The notes beneath the pieces are model-generated. The model was not told the origin of the DNA, did not search any database, and saw nothing but the letters and a program-made list of their open reading frames with translations. From NCBI GenBank assembly GCA_951406725.2, contig OX597814.1, forward strand, positions 113,956,001-114,020,000: a stretch of DNA of 64,000 bases. The letters run 5' to 3'. The stretch comes from Octopus vulgaris. Its lineage: Eukaryota. Position 1 is the first letter of the stretch. Each line of letters starts with the position of its first letter. A program made the position numbers and the translations under genes. Below, piece by piece: positions 1 to 12,110 of this stretch.

Positions 1-174
1 ATACACTTAGATATAATAGACGTGCGTGTATGTGTGTGTATGGGAACATTATACATCAGTGAGAAAACCGAAAAGCTGGTGAGCTACGAATGAATATGTG
101 GTCCGCATTGGGTTACAAACACTCCCTTGACACTCTCATTACTACAAATTACTACAATGAACCAGTGATTTTTT

Positions 175-520
175 TCCCGAGGTCGACTTTGCCTTTCATC
201 CTTTCGCGGTCGATTAAATAAGTACCAGTTACGCACTGGGGTCGATGTAATCGACTTAATCCTTTTGTCTGTCCTTGTTTGTCCCCTCTATGTTTAGCCC
301 CTTGTGGGCAATAAAAAAATAAGAAACGTCAGCATGCCGAACGAAATGCTTAGCAGTATTTCGTCTGTCTTTACATTCTGAGTTCAAATTCCGCCGAGGT
401 CGACTTTGCCTTACATCCTTTCAAGGTTATATAAATTAATTACAAGTTTCGTACTGGAGTCGATCTAATCGACTGGCCCCTTCCCCCCAAATTTCGGGCC
501 TTATGCCTAGAGTAGAAAAT
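175..520 (+). mobile_element. SINE family A (tRNA-derived, Meta-like central domain), composite copy
   Basis: Contains the family hallmark GAGTTCAAATTCCGCCGAGGTCGACTTTGCCTTTCATCCTTTC..GGTCGATAAA.TAAGTACCAG, which recurs many times in the window. B-box-like GAGTTCAAATTCC is present. Confidence 0.85.
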
Positions 521-599
521 AATATATTACATTAGACCACGAATCGCTACACTAATCTTACATTCTCCCGTAATAAACAACATAACACTGCAACACGCT

Positions 600-786
600 G
601 CACGATAAAAGCAGTTCATTTTTGCCTTTGGTCAAATGTCTGATCTCCGAGATTAACTGTCTGATAGCACCGATTGATTGCAAACTTGTTGATTGACTTT
701 TCTAAATATATATATGCATTAACACCCCGCCTCTCCCACCACTCTCTTTCCGTTTATCTTTCTTTTTCTTTCTTTCTCTCCTTTTT

Positions 787-818
<32 letters not shown>

Positions 819-2270
819 TGTCTTTCTTTCTCTCCTTTCTTTCTGTTTTTCTCTTTCTTTTTTATTTCTTTCTTTGTCTTTCTTTCTTTCCTTCTTTCGT
901 TCTTTCTTTTTTTCTTTCTTTCTTTCTTTCTTTTTCTTTTCGTACCTTTCTCTATTTCGTTCTTTCTCAATTTTGCTTTCCTTCCTTCCTTCCTTCCTTC
1001 TTTCTCTTCCTCTCTCTCTCTTCCTTCCTTCCTTTCTTTTTATTTCCCCCTCACGTTGTTTCCTCCTCTCTCCCCCTCTATCTCCTCATCCACCTCTCTG
1101 TTTTTTTTCTTTCTCCTCACCTTCCATCTTTGTACGTCTCACTTTTTATTATTACCTCACTTAATCCACAGCACACTGCAATACCCTCCCTCCATGCGGC
1201 ATAGATCCCTTCCAATCGGGTACAACAAACACCCTGCTCCATATACCGCCAGGAACAACGATAAACTACCCAAAATGGAACGCAATCTGAACCTCTCTGC
1301 ATAAACAGGCATAAATATATGCTTCTCTGGAGTAGCCGGAAACAATAATAAAACAAGTTCAAATATGTTTCCATGCTTTACGTAATAAATTATATTTAGT
1401 GTGACTCAACAGAGATTTCACAAATAAATAGCAGACAGCTCGCGGTTAAAGAATAAAGAGAAATACACGAGGGGGAGAGAGAAAGTAAAAGAAGAAAGTC
1501 TAGTTGTTCTTTATTGCTATTTTTTTTTTTATCAGAAGGAAGTAAATATGTAAAAGAGAAAAGAATAAATATGAGAGAAACTAACGAAACGATGAAAGGT
1601 AATGAAACGTGATGATGTGAATGCAAGCGAAAATCTTTAAGAGAATTATAGTCGAAATTGTCCTGCGGCCGAGAAAGGAAGGATTAATGTGGGACGTTAG
1701 AGAAAATAACTGAGTGTTGCGGCCCTGCAGAACCTGGTTCAGGAACTTTCAGCTTATAGCAGTGAAGCTTGATGCTTGTAATTAGCTATTGATTTTCTTC
1801 GTTTTTTTGTTGTTGTTTTTTTTTTAGTTGATATTTAAGTGGTAGGCTAGCAAAAATGAACGACCTTAATTGATTACAGCAATCAAATTAGACGGCAAAA
1901 CAAAAGTGAAAATGAAACAACGAAAGAAAGAAAGAGAAAAAGAAGAAGGGAAAAGAAATGAAAAAACAGTAAGTTAATTCATGTTAACTAAAATTAGAAG
2001 TGATGTGAGATAAGTAATAAAAAATGAGCCGCATAAATGCAGAAGGTGAGGAGAAAAAGAATAGGCAGAGAGAGAGAGACACAAGGACAGAGAGAGAGGA
2101 AGAAAGGCTGAGATAAAGAGAGGTAGAAAAAAAGAAAGAGAGTGAAGTTAATGAATATATGTTTATAAAAGTCAATTAACAAGTTTGTAGGTAATCTACA
2201 AGATGAAACATTTGACCGAAGGAGGAGATGAGCCAACGAACCGTTGAATGCGATCAATGTGTGTTTGTCA
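600..2270. repeat. Long imperfect inverted repeat, possibly a decayed foldback/TIR element
   Basis: 624-720 (GGTCAAATGT..CAAACTTGTTGATTGACTTTT.TAAA) and 1090-1165 (TTTCTCCTCACCTTC..TTTTTATTA) match the reverse complement of about 2140-2222 and 2000-2075. The left arm contains a CT/CTTT microsatellite. Confidence 0.55.
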
Positions 2271-2480
2271 AGATACACAAATATTAAACGTGGATGATTT
2301 TCTAAAGCCGTTGACTTTTGGTTTTTATCTGCGGCTCACTTGAGCAAGGAATATCGAGATACCAGGAGATATCTAGATGTACCAGATGTACCAGATGAAC
2401 CACAGATGTTTTGAAATACAATTCAAGACTTTTGATTATTGTCTTGAAAAACGTTTATAATTTCGTTAAACGCAAGTCAA

Positions 2481-2790
2481 GGCACGTGGTTTAGAGGTTA
2501 TGTTATTTGGCTCATGATCTTAAGGTCCTGAGTTCGATTCCTGGCTGAGCGCTGTGTCTTTGAGCAAAGTACTCTATTTCACGCTGCTCCAGTTCACTCA
2601 GCTGGCAAAAATGAGTAGTACCTGTATTTCAAAGGACCAGCCTTATCCCATTCTGTGGCATGCTGAATCTCACTGAGAACTACGTTAAGGGTACACGTGT
2701 CTGTGGAGTACTCAACCACTTGCACGCTAAACTTCATGAGCAGGCAGTTCCGTTGATCGGATCAACAGGAACACCGACGGAGAACCAGAA
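2481..2790 (+). mobile_element. SINE family C (tRNA head plus V/CORE-like GTGTCTTTGAGCAA..CACTCAGCTG body)
   Basis: tRNA-like head with B box GAGTTCGATTCC. Homologous copies occur at 17245-17517 and 54685-54995 on the minus strand. Confidence 0.7.
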
Positions 2791-2969
2791 TACTTAAGTA
2801 TAGGTGTAGGCATGGCTATGTGGTTACGTAGCTCAGTTCCACTTGTGGTACGTTGGGCAAGTGTCTTCTACTGTACCACACTCCTCGGACAGACCAATGG
2901 AACTGAATCTGAGACACGGACACTGTCGGAAACTCACCATTACACACGCACACACATACTTTTTTAAAT

Positions 2970-3357
2970 ACTCTTTTACTTCTTTCAGTCATTTGACGGC
3001 GGCCATGCTGGAACATGCCCTTCAGTCGAAGAAATCGACACCAGGACTTATTCTTGATAAGCCTAATACTTATTCTATCAGTCCCTTTTGCCGAACCGCT
3101 AAGTTTCGGGGACGTAAACACACTAACATCGGTTATTGGGTGATGGTGGGCGGGGTCAAGCACAAACAGACAAATACATAATACGTATATATACACGACA
3201 AGCTTCTTTCAGTTTCCGTCTACCAAATCCACTCACAAGGCTTTGGTCGGCCCGAGGCTATGGTAGAAGACATTTGCCCAAGATTCCTTGCAGTGGGACT
3301 GAACCCAGAACCATGTGGTTGGGAAGCAAGCTACTTACCATACAGCCACTCCTGCAT
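2970..3357 (-). mobile_element. SINE family B (tRNA-derived CORE-SINE-like, internal TA/TG microsatellite)
   Basis: Reverse complement of GCAGGAGTGGCTGT.TGGTAAG..CTTGGGCAA.TGTCTTCTA..GACTGAAA.AAGTAAAAGAG. A short plus-strand head fragment lies just upstream at about 2803-2940. Confidence 0.85.
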
Positions 3358-3387
3358 CTTATATAGATATATATATATATATATATA

Positions 3388-3878
3388 CCGTAAATCCTCG
3401 AGTATAGTCCGCTTTTGAGTATAATACGCTAGGGATTTTTAGGGGGCTGTACCTCTGAAAAACCTAAAACTTGTGTACAATACGCACCCCTTCTCTCCTT
3501 GGTTTGTAAAACTGTATACGGTAACGTACTTTATCATTATTGTATATATAATATAATGCAAACGTGATGCATTTTTGTGCATTTTGTTTGCAGAAAATAA
3601 AGAAATAACAGTAATAATAGTAATAACGTTTAGTAAATATTACTTATTGCAAGTTATGGATGATTCTTTTACGACTTCATTGCTTTCAGGTTTAGCTTAA
3701 GGTATTTTCGTGCCCGACATCACAAAATGCGTCTGAATAAACATTGCCGGACAGCAAATAGAGACTCGAACATTGCTTAGAAAATAATTTTCATTTTTAA
3801 CCTTGTGTATAATACGCACTAGGGATTTTGACCTTTAAATTTTGGGGAAAAGTGCGGTTTATACTCGAGGATTTATGG
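3388..3878. mobile_element. Non-autonomous Tc1/mariner-superfamily (Tc2/pogo-like) MITE
   Basis: TIRs CCGTAAATCCTCGAGTATA / TATACTCGAGGATTTATGG with flanking TA dinucleotides. Internal TATAATACGC subrepeats. No ORF. Confidence 0.8.
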
Positions 3879-4447
3879 TACACACACACATACACACACA
3901 CACACACACATACATGGATGTGCGTGTTTGTGTTTGTTCCTTAACGCTTGGCTACTAGTAAATATTTCTTAGCAGGTCGGCAAAAAGAGACTGATACATT
4001 AAGCACATAAAAAAAGTTACTTACTGCAGGAGTGGTGGTGGTGGTGGTGGTGGGGGCCGTATTTAATCTGCTGAAAATTTTGAAAGTATGGCCGCATTTT
4101 GATGGCGGAAAGAAGTAAAGGAACAAAAGAATGGTTTTCTTTCTTTTTTATTATGTTATTTAGCTTTAAAACATAATCCATGCGTCTATGTCTTTTACTA
4201 TTTCTTGTGAACTGTATTGTTATCTTTCCTGTTTGATTCTCAGAGCTTTACGAAATATGGCGAACACCAGACAGTTGCTGTATACAAAAAATTGTCAATT
4301 CTCATCTTGGTGATTAAAGATGTAAATAAAAATTCATGAATAATAAAACGAATATATTCAGCTTATAAATTCTCTAGTTAGTTTTATTTGTCTTGCTTTA
4401 GATGCTTTAGAATCTTCATGATTCTTTCATCATTACTTTAGCAAATA

Positions 4448-4835
4448 CTAGCAATATTGCTCGGCATTTCTCGAGTTTGTTTCAACCCTTTAGAATTGGA
4501 ATTTTTGAAAAGTAAAAATTTTTCATTATGTAGCTTGTTATTCTCTTTAAGTGAACATTTTTCTGGTTGAAATACACCGAAAAATGACGACACTACAGTA
4601 AAAAAATCGTAAAAAATACGGATTTTCATAGAAAAAAGCACCCTTTTGATGTAAATAATTTTTGTTAACATGGTTCGATTTGGATTTTTTCTTCTACGGA
4701 AGGAAGAGCAAGCCTTCTTCTATCATACTCTCAATTTTGGTCAACTTGCGCCGCAGGGTCTCGGAGGAGATAGTGTTAGTTGAAGACTACCAAACCTGCC
4801 ATACACAGACAACTTCAGCTTTAGCTAGAGAGAGA
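4448..4835 (-). mobile_element. Non-autonomous Helitron-like element, copy 1
   Basis: Near-identical to 18967-19358. The minus strand starts TC and ends with a decayed subterminal hairpin followed by CTAG. Confidence 0.7.
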
Positions 4836-5999
4836 TAGTGAAGTTTATGAACTACTGACAAGGCCATAATAATGCTGAAACGTGACTCGAGTTGTCTCCC
4901 AAACTACTTGCGGCTATTTGCAACCAGACTAATTAGAACATCAAGGGTTGTATGTCTATGTTTAAGACAAAGAGCTGATGTTTCTATGTATAACATCGAC
5001 CGTTCGGCCAGAAAACTGGCGTCTATCAATTCGAACAGGTGTGATCTACGTCATAGATATTGAGTAGATATTCTCATCATATTCTGTATGTAGCCACCAT
5101 GTCTGCCTGACCAAGAAAATTTAAAACTATGTTATTACTCTAAGATATTCTGTCGATGAGTTATCTGTAAGGTTAATATTTCAATATTTACTTTTCTTCA
5201 TTGAAGTTATTTTCCATCAACTGTCACTAAGAAAAGTGTTCTGTACCGGAGACTGTGGGAGAAGAATTGGTGTTAGATAAACCTGTAATGACTTAATGTA
5301 AATTATTGATGGACGTGGGGTTAGCCGTTGGTTCAATTTAATTATTTTAACATTACAGTGATGTTGGCAATATACTAAGGCGTTTCTTCAGCTCGTTTTG
5401 AGAAGCTTAGTTCAACTACAAGTTTATTTTCTCAGGAGAGAAAAGTTTAATTTAGTCAGGTATTTCGATTAATCGAGGTCAAAATTTCGTTTAGTTCAAA
5501 TGGAAGTTTAAATTACTCTTGGGGAAAATTACAATTACTCGAAACACTTAAGATTAGCTTGGAATAATAATATAATAATAATAGTAAAAACTTCATACTT
5601 AAGATGTACGCTAGTTATAACATTATATCAATCCAGTAGAAGTTTAAATAAATTAATTTGGATTAGAAGCTATGCAATTAGTTTAAGTAACATCTTAATT
5701 GTTTCGCTTTCATAGTTATGTTGTTCCTTCGGAATTCAAATAAAATTATAATCATGAAATTGTATCTTGATCGTTGTAATGTAGTTATAGTCTATTAAGA
5801 ATCAAATATACGGTCTTCTGTCTGCAAGTCTAGGCTATGATATATTCAATGAAAATTCGTGTCTGCATTTTAAAATATCGAGATAATAAAAGTTACAAAA
5901 ATATTTTGTTGCGTAACTGAATTTTCAAAACAATTTATATGATAAGATGATTATTATTTCGTTAAATATGCGTCAAACAGTTTTGTATTATTTTAAGGA

Positions 6000-6450
6000 C
6001 CTAGGTTGGCGAGCTAGCAGAATCGTTAGTACACTGGACGAAATACTTAGTGGTATTTCGCCCGTCGCTACGTTCTGAGTTCAAATTCCGCCGAGGTAGA
6101 CTCTGTCTTTCATCCTTTCGGGTTCGATAAATTAAGTAACAGTTATACACTGGGGTCGATATAATCGACTTAATCCGTTTGTCTGTTCTTGTTTGTCCCC
6201 TCTATGTTTAGCCCCTTGTGGGCAATAAAGAAATAAGAATCCTTAGCGCGACGGACAAAATGCTTTGCGGTATTTGTTCCGACCGTTTACATCCCGAGTT
6301 CAAATTCCGTCGAGGCCAATTTTATCTTTCATCCTTTTAGGGATTGATAAAAATGAGGTATCAACTATCAGTCTTAAACTGGATTCTATCTGATCGAGTG
6401 ACACCCACTCTGCTTCAAAATTGCTGTCCTTGTGCCTTAGTTAAAAATCA
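6000..6450 (+). mobile_element. SINE family A, dimer
   Basis: Head GGCGAGCTAGCAGAATCGTTAG and two copies of the central domain. Confidence 0.85.
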
Positions 6451-6899
6451 TTATTTTATTAACGCAGAAAATGAAGGAATATCATTGATTTCTCATGAGG
6501 ATATGAATGAGAAATCCACAAAATGTAGTCAGATGTTATTGGTTACTAAATCCTCTGAGAGATACATTTCCGTGATCGATTAGAAATAGATAGACTCTAA
6601 AAGGTTAGTTCCATTTTAAAATGACCAAAAAGTTTTCGCACTGGGAACGATAAACAATGTAGGATTAGTAATATTTCTATGAAAGATTTATAATAAAAGA
6701 GATATCGTTTTCAGTAAGAGCATTTATATAACAGAAATAGAACCTTCATGAAGACAAATGAGATGATAATCCTAATGGCTTTAAAACGACCGAATAACAA
6801 ACAACGGGTTGGCACACATTACAGACAATTCAGACTTGTGTCTTGAATTGTCCTAGGATAATAACTAATAAAGCATTTAATGTTCGTCTGTTCGTTTTC

Positions 6900-7117
6900 C
6901 TTTACTTGTTTCAGTCATTAGACGGCGGCCATACTGGGGCACTGCTTTGAAGAATTTTAAGTCGAATAATTCGACGCCGGTACATTAAAAAATAAAAGAC
7001 TGGTACTTATTCTATCGGTTTGTTTTGCCAAACCGCTGTGTTACGAGGACAGGAACACATCAATACTGGTTGTCAAGCGGTGGTAGTGGGACAAACAGAG
7101 ACATAATGACACGCACA

Positions 7118-7140
<23 letters not shown>
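6900..7140 (-). mobile_element. SINE family B, 3' half
   Basis: TTTTACTTGTTTCAGTCATT..TACTTATTCTATCGGT..GGTTGTCAAGCG matches the other family B copies. Confidence 0.75.
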
Positions 7141-7149
<9 letters not shown>

Positions 7150-7810
7150 TTCGTTTTTGGACTTGGTTTGCAAGATTCTTTATGTGAGTTCGTATGTTGA
7201 AGCATATTCTGTTGTGTCTGGGGAGAGTCATTTTCTTTTTGTGCCTTATAATGTAACACACTTAGTGGTAAAATTTCCACTTATATCTTATTTTTATTTT
7301 CCTAAAATATTCGTTGCGTCTTGCAAACCTTTTCAATAGTCTGAGAGTATAATGATTTCTGGTAGATTCGTTCGAAGAAATTGCCAGCATCTTTTTGCTG
7401 CCGACAAAAAAAAAACAAACAAACTGCGCTTGCGCGGTGGATTTGAAGAAAAAAAAATGTATAAGCCAGAGGCACATACTGGATTGGCCTCGTGTTTATA
7501 TGTTTAATCTTGGCGTCCCTGTTGAAGAAGACTTCGCCTGGTAAATTATTTTATTTGCTAAAATAAGTCAGAAACCATGGTCCAGGAAAGAGATGGTAAA
7601 TGTTTTTATCTTTCTTTCCCTTCGAGAATTTATCCCTAATTAGTGGTTTGAACTTTAGCTGTTCTTTCTAGCGTAAAGGATTCCTATGAGGGAAACCTCT
7701 TAATGTGTTTAAATGTACACTGTATTTTATATGAATAATATATAGTCTATTGACTAATTTTTCTATACGCTAGGCCACTGGTAGTAAAAATTTCTAAAAT
7801 CTTTATTACC

Positions 7811-7813
<3 letters not shown>
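7150..7813 (+). mobile_element. (TA)n-flanked non-coding element carrying a hammerhead motif
   Basis: Bounded by CT/TA and (TA)n tracts. 7497-7735 aligns with the reverse complement of 57092-57342. Ends TTACCCTG followed by (AT)n. Confidence 0.65.
7518..7586 (+). ncRNA. Type I hammerhead ribozyme, core variant (TTGAAGA)
   Basis: CCTG-[TTGAAGA]-AGACTT..AAGTCA-[GAAA]-CCATGG-TC-CAGG. Helix I is CCTG/CAGG, helix II is GACTT/AAGTC, helix III is the palindrome ACCATGGT. The core C is changed to T. Confidence 0.6.
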
Positions 7814-7861
<48 letters not shown>

Positions 7862-7865
<4 letters not shown>

Positions 7866-8062
7866 CTTAGATAAAACTTATTCGACCAAAGGCCATGTCT
7901 AACTTAATAGCACCACCTGATAGGATTATCTAAATCCTTTTTAAGTCAAGTTTTGTGGTATCATGGTCCATTCAAGTAGTGAGTTTTTGTTGAGTCAGTT
8001 GTATCCAGGTATGGGTGGCTTATCCGGTATTCCTTGAAGAAATTTGTCCAGACTCCGTTTAT
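7862..8062 (-). mobile_element. CR1-like LINE 3' end
   Basis: Reverse complement of about 27180-27390. Encodes ..LDKFLQGIPDKPP.. followed by the 3' UTR. Confidence 0.7.
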
Positions 8063-8827
8063 ATATAATATATATAATAAAAAATATAAGGATAAAAATC
8101 TATATGAGATTTTATCGAGAATAATCGCCACCCGTTCTAAGAATCGAACATACGATCTTATAGTCATGAGTCCAATACTCGAAGCTCTAAGCCACACGCC
8201 TTCGCCAGTTATCGCGCATTAGTGATATTTAATAATTTGATAACCACTATGCTATTCAATAAACTCATTTTTCAACAGCTTTGAAACTATATTTCACGAA
8301 TGGAATATTTAATATCTTGTTTGGAAGTGGGTCAGAACAGGTCAACAAAGATATACTGATACGTTGAAGATTTTCGACGAAGGATGCACTCTATATCGAT
8401 GTCTGATATCTCTACATCAGTGGAAATATCGGAGGTCGGCAGGTATCATATCACACATCAATTATGTAGCTTTTCATGTTTTAACACTATTTACGCATGT
8501 TTTTACGAAGCTATTTGCTGCTGTTTGTAGCCAGATTGAATGGAACTGCAAAAGCTGTATGTCTATGTTGAAGGCATAGCGAAGATCCGATTTCGCTGTA
8601 TGTTTATCACCGACCGTTCGGCTGACAAGCTGGTCTCTATCAATTAGAATTCTAATATAATTGAGTCAATGTCTCGAGGTTGATTCCAGTCGAATGATCG
8701 ACAATATTTAAACTCCGTTCAAAAGTTCTCAGCACACAAATTTATACGAAGAACTGTACTCCATATTAAAAAAAAAAGGATTTTAATCAAATGAAGTAAA
8801 ATTTTGTCTGTTATACAACTCTTGTTA

Positions 8828-9256
8828 GTTATAAATTCAAACTTATTACCAGTTCAATATACGTGAGAGATATTCGAACCCGCAAGAAAGACATTCACTG
8901 TAGATTGTCATGGCGAAAATTTCTCGCAGTAGGCAAATAGGTGTAAATATCCAGAGTCAATTCACAGTGTCCCCTAACCAAACTATAGGATGCATATATT
9001 TCGGAGTTATTATCACTTCTTCAGCCGCAGAGATCGGAAAACCAGACGCTGCGAACGGACACGAGATGCAGATCCTTCTTATGTTATATCTGTCATCGTT
9101 CAATGACTAGTTGCGCTATTCGGTTGCTCGCCGTAAATAAAATACAGGCTGACAACGTTAAGTAATAATGCGTATAAATACAGGTTTGTAACGAGTTCAA
9201 ATTTTCTTGAGGCATATTTGAATCTGTAAGAAAGCTATTCACTATATTTTGTCAAT
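8828..9256. repeat. Unclassified dispersed repeat, about 340-bp unit plus about 85-bp terminal redundancy, copy 1
   Basis: TATAAAT.CA..TTC.AA.C.G.AAGAAA..ATTC.C..T.TTTTGTCA occurs at about 8830 and 9173. The whole region is homologous to 23638-24062. Confidence 0.6.
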
Positions 9257-9260
9257 GCGT

Positions 9261-9433
9261 AGACGCAGGAGTGGCTGTGTGGTAGGTAGCTTGCTTACCA
9301 ACCACATGGTTCCGGGTTCATTCCCACTGCGTGGCACCTTGAACAAGTGTCTTCTACGATAGCCTCGGGCCGACCAAAGCCTTGTGAGTAGACGGAAACT
9401 GAAAGAAGCCCGTCGTGTATGTATGTATGTATG

Positions 9434-9495
<62 letters not shown>

Positions 9496-9700
9496 TGTGT
9501 CTGTGTTTGTCCCCCATCATCGCTTGACAGCCGATGGTGGTGTGTTTACGTCCCTGTAACTTAACGGTTCGGCAAAAGAACCGATAGAATAAGCACTAGC
9601 TTCCAAAGAATAAGTCCTGGGGTAGATTTGGTCGACTAAAGGCGGTACTCCAGCTATGACCGCAGTCAAATGACTGATACAAGTAAAAGAGTAAAAGAGA
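9261..9700 (+). mobile_element. SINE family B, full length
   Basis: tRNA head, CORE-like segment, TA/TG tract, and (AGTAAAAG)n tail. Confidence 0.9.
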
Positions 9701-10359
9701 ATGAGAAAAGTCTCGCTGTAGACAGAAAGGTGTAAATAAGACTAAGTTTGTCACCCCGTATTGATAGTTAAATATCCGCGACTGATTGGGATGGTAAAGA
9801 AGATTGCATGCTTTTTGGTTCAATTGAACATTTCCCCTGCTTATATGATTCTCCACAACCATGTGTGTCTGGCAAAATAACTTTATTTCGAAACAATTTG
9901 AAATATGTTTTGGAACAGAAACAGAAACTGTTCTTTTCCTTCGTTATATGAAGTAAAACATTCGATTCAATTAATATTCTAACAACATTGCAACTGCCAT
10001 GCTCTGTCAGCTGAAAGAAGCTGTACCTGATATTTACTAGACAATAGGTTTCTGTTTATTCCATCATTTCAACTTTTAGGTCCGACTGCTGCAGGTGGAG
10101 ATGCTTCGAGTTTTAGAAAAATCGTGATAAAAAGCAGATTTTGAAAATAAATAAAAAGTTGTCTTAATTGAGGAAGTTGTATAAATTCGTGTGGCTGAGG
10201 AGAAAAAAGAATCCTTACATTTCAGGCCACCATCAATATATTCTACTTCTCTTCACGGCATATAAACTTAACCAAATTTACCAATGTTTCTTAACGATTT
10301 TACTCATAGACGACCGATAGTCACCTGGGTATCTGTTCTTTTTTCTTATTCTTCTTGTT

Positions 10360-10590
10360 ATTTACTCTCTTACTCTTTTACTTCTTTCAGTCGTTTGACT
10401 GCGGCCATGCTGGAGCACCTCCTTTGGTCGAGGGAATAGACCCCAGGACTTATTCTTTGTAAGCCTAGTACTTAGTCTTTCGGTCTCTTTTGCCGAGCCG
10501 CTAAGTTACGGGGACATAAACACACCAGCATCGGGTGTCAAGCGATGTTGGGGGGGGGGGCAAACACAAACACACAAACATACACACACA

Positions 10591-10628
<38 letters not shown>

Positions 10629-10799
10629 CATATATACGACGGGCTTCTTTCAGTTTCCGTCTACCAAATCCACTCACAAGGCTTTGGTCGGCCCGAGGCT
10701 ATAGTAGAAGACACTTGCCCAAGATGCCACGCATTGGGACTGAACCCAGAACCATGTGGTTGATAAGCAAGCTACTTAACACACAGCCACTCCTGCGCC
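10360..10799 (-). mobile_element. SINE family B, full length
   Basis: Complete reverse-complement copy ending ..CACTCCTGCGCC. Confidence 0.9.
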
Positions 10800-11744
10800 T
10801 TGGTAATATATTTGGTAATATATTTAAAATTAAAATATTGTAAGCATTATGGTAAGTTTTGTGGTGGGTCAGCTATAAACACCTATGCTGGTTATTCAGT
10901 GAACGACTTAATTCGTCACCCTGTTTATCATCGTTACTTGGCATTTAAATGTCTTGAGTGGTGTCTGCTAGGTTGCTAGTATTCTGACTATGTCTCCGAT
11001 TTGAGAATAACTTCTTTTGATTAGTAAGTCTAACCATGAAGAATGTTATGGGCGCTGCAATGCCCCTGTTTGCCAAGGTATAAAAATGATTTTGAATTCG
11101 TAGAGTTGCTGGCGTATTGACTAAAATGCCTCAGCTCAGAATGTCTGGTCATATTACTCGATTTTGCGAACTAGATTCTGCGCATTGTATTCTCTTTATT
11201 GAGGTTCTAGTTGGGGTAACGGTACGTGTTGGTCGGCCACATGCATCATGGTCACAGCATATGAGATGAGATCTGACCGAGATACGCCTCAGAAGGTTGC
11301 CCAAGACGACCCGAGCAAATGCAGACAAGTGGTGGATGCAAAGACGCACTGCAACGGCACACGTCCCATAACTGATCTTTGCACTCTGAATTCAAATCCT
11401 AGCAAAGTCAGTTTTGCCTTATCTCCTTTTGGGGGTCGATAAAATGTATCAGTCTAAAGTGATGAATTATTAAAACTTGAAGAACCGGGCAAGTTGCTTT
11501 GCAATGTATGTTCCGGTTATTTACGTTCTGACAGCAACGCCCGAGGCGACAGTTTGTGCTAAGCTGTATCGGCCCTACGGTGACAGCTTTTCCCATGGTG
11601 GCGTGGAGAGAGGAAACTTTCAGGTATGGGCAACTTCCAGGTTTTCTGATGAAGGAAAAGACCATCCTCAGTCATGCACAAACATATGCAAATGGCCGGT
11701 TAACTCTGACCGAAGAAAACTTCCAAAACGCTATAAAAATATAT

Positions 11745-12110
11745 TGCATGGCTGCGTGGTAAAAAGTTTGTTTACCAATCATATGGTCCTGGGTTCAATA
11801 CCACTGTGTGGCACTTGGGGCAAGTGTCTACTATAGCCTCGGGACGACCAAGGCATTGTGAGTGGACTTGTTAGACGGAAACTGAAAGAAGCCTGTCGTA
11901 TATATATATATATATATACATATGTATATATATATATACACACATGCGCGCGCGCACACATACACACGCATATATAAGTGTGTGTGTGTCTTTGAGTGTG
12001 TGTTTGCTCCCACCACCGATTGACATCCGCTAAGTTACGGAGATGTTTATATCTCTGTAACTTAGCGGTTCATCAAAGGTGGACAAGAGAATAAGTATCA
12101 GGCTTGGATC
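11745..12110 (+). mobile_element. SINE family B, diverged
   Basis: TGGCTGCGTGGT head, GGGCAAGTGTCT, AGACGGAAACTGAAAGAAGCC. Confidence 0.8.

Noticed and set aside
3136-3366. Recurring peptide RASFSFRLPNPLTRLWSARGY in several ORFs
   Set aside because: It is the antisense reading of SINE family B, not a gene family.
8985-9030. Minus-strand CTGAAGA..GAAA hammerhead-like spacing
   Set aside because: No valid cleavage triplet or helix I, and it is not conserved in the homologous copy near 23810.
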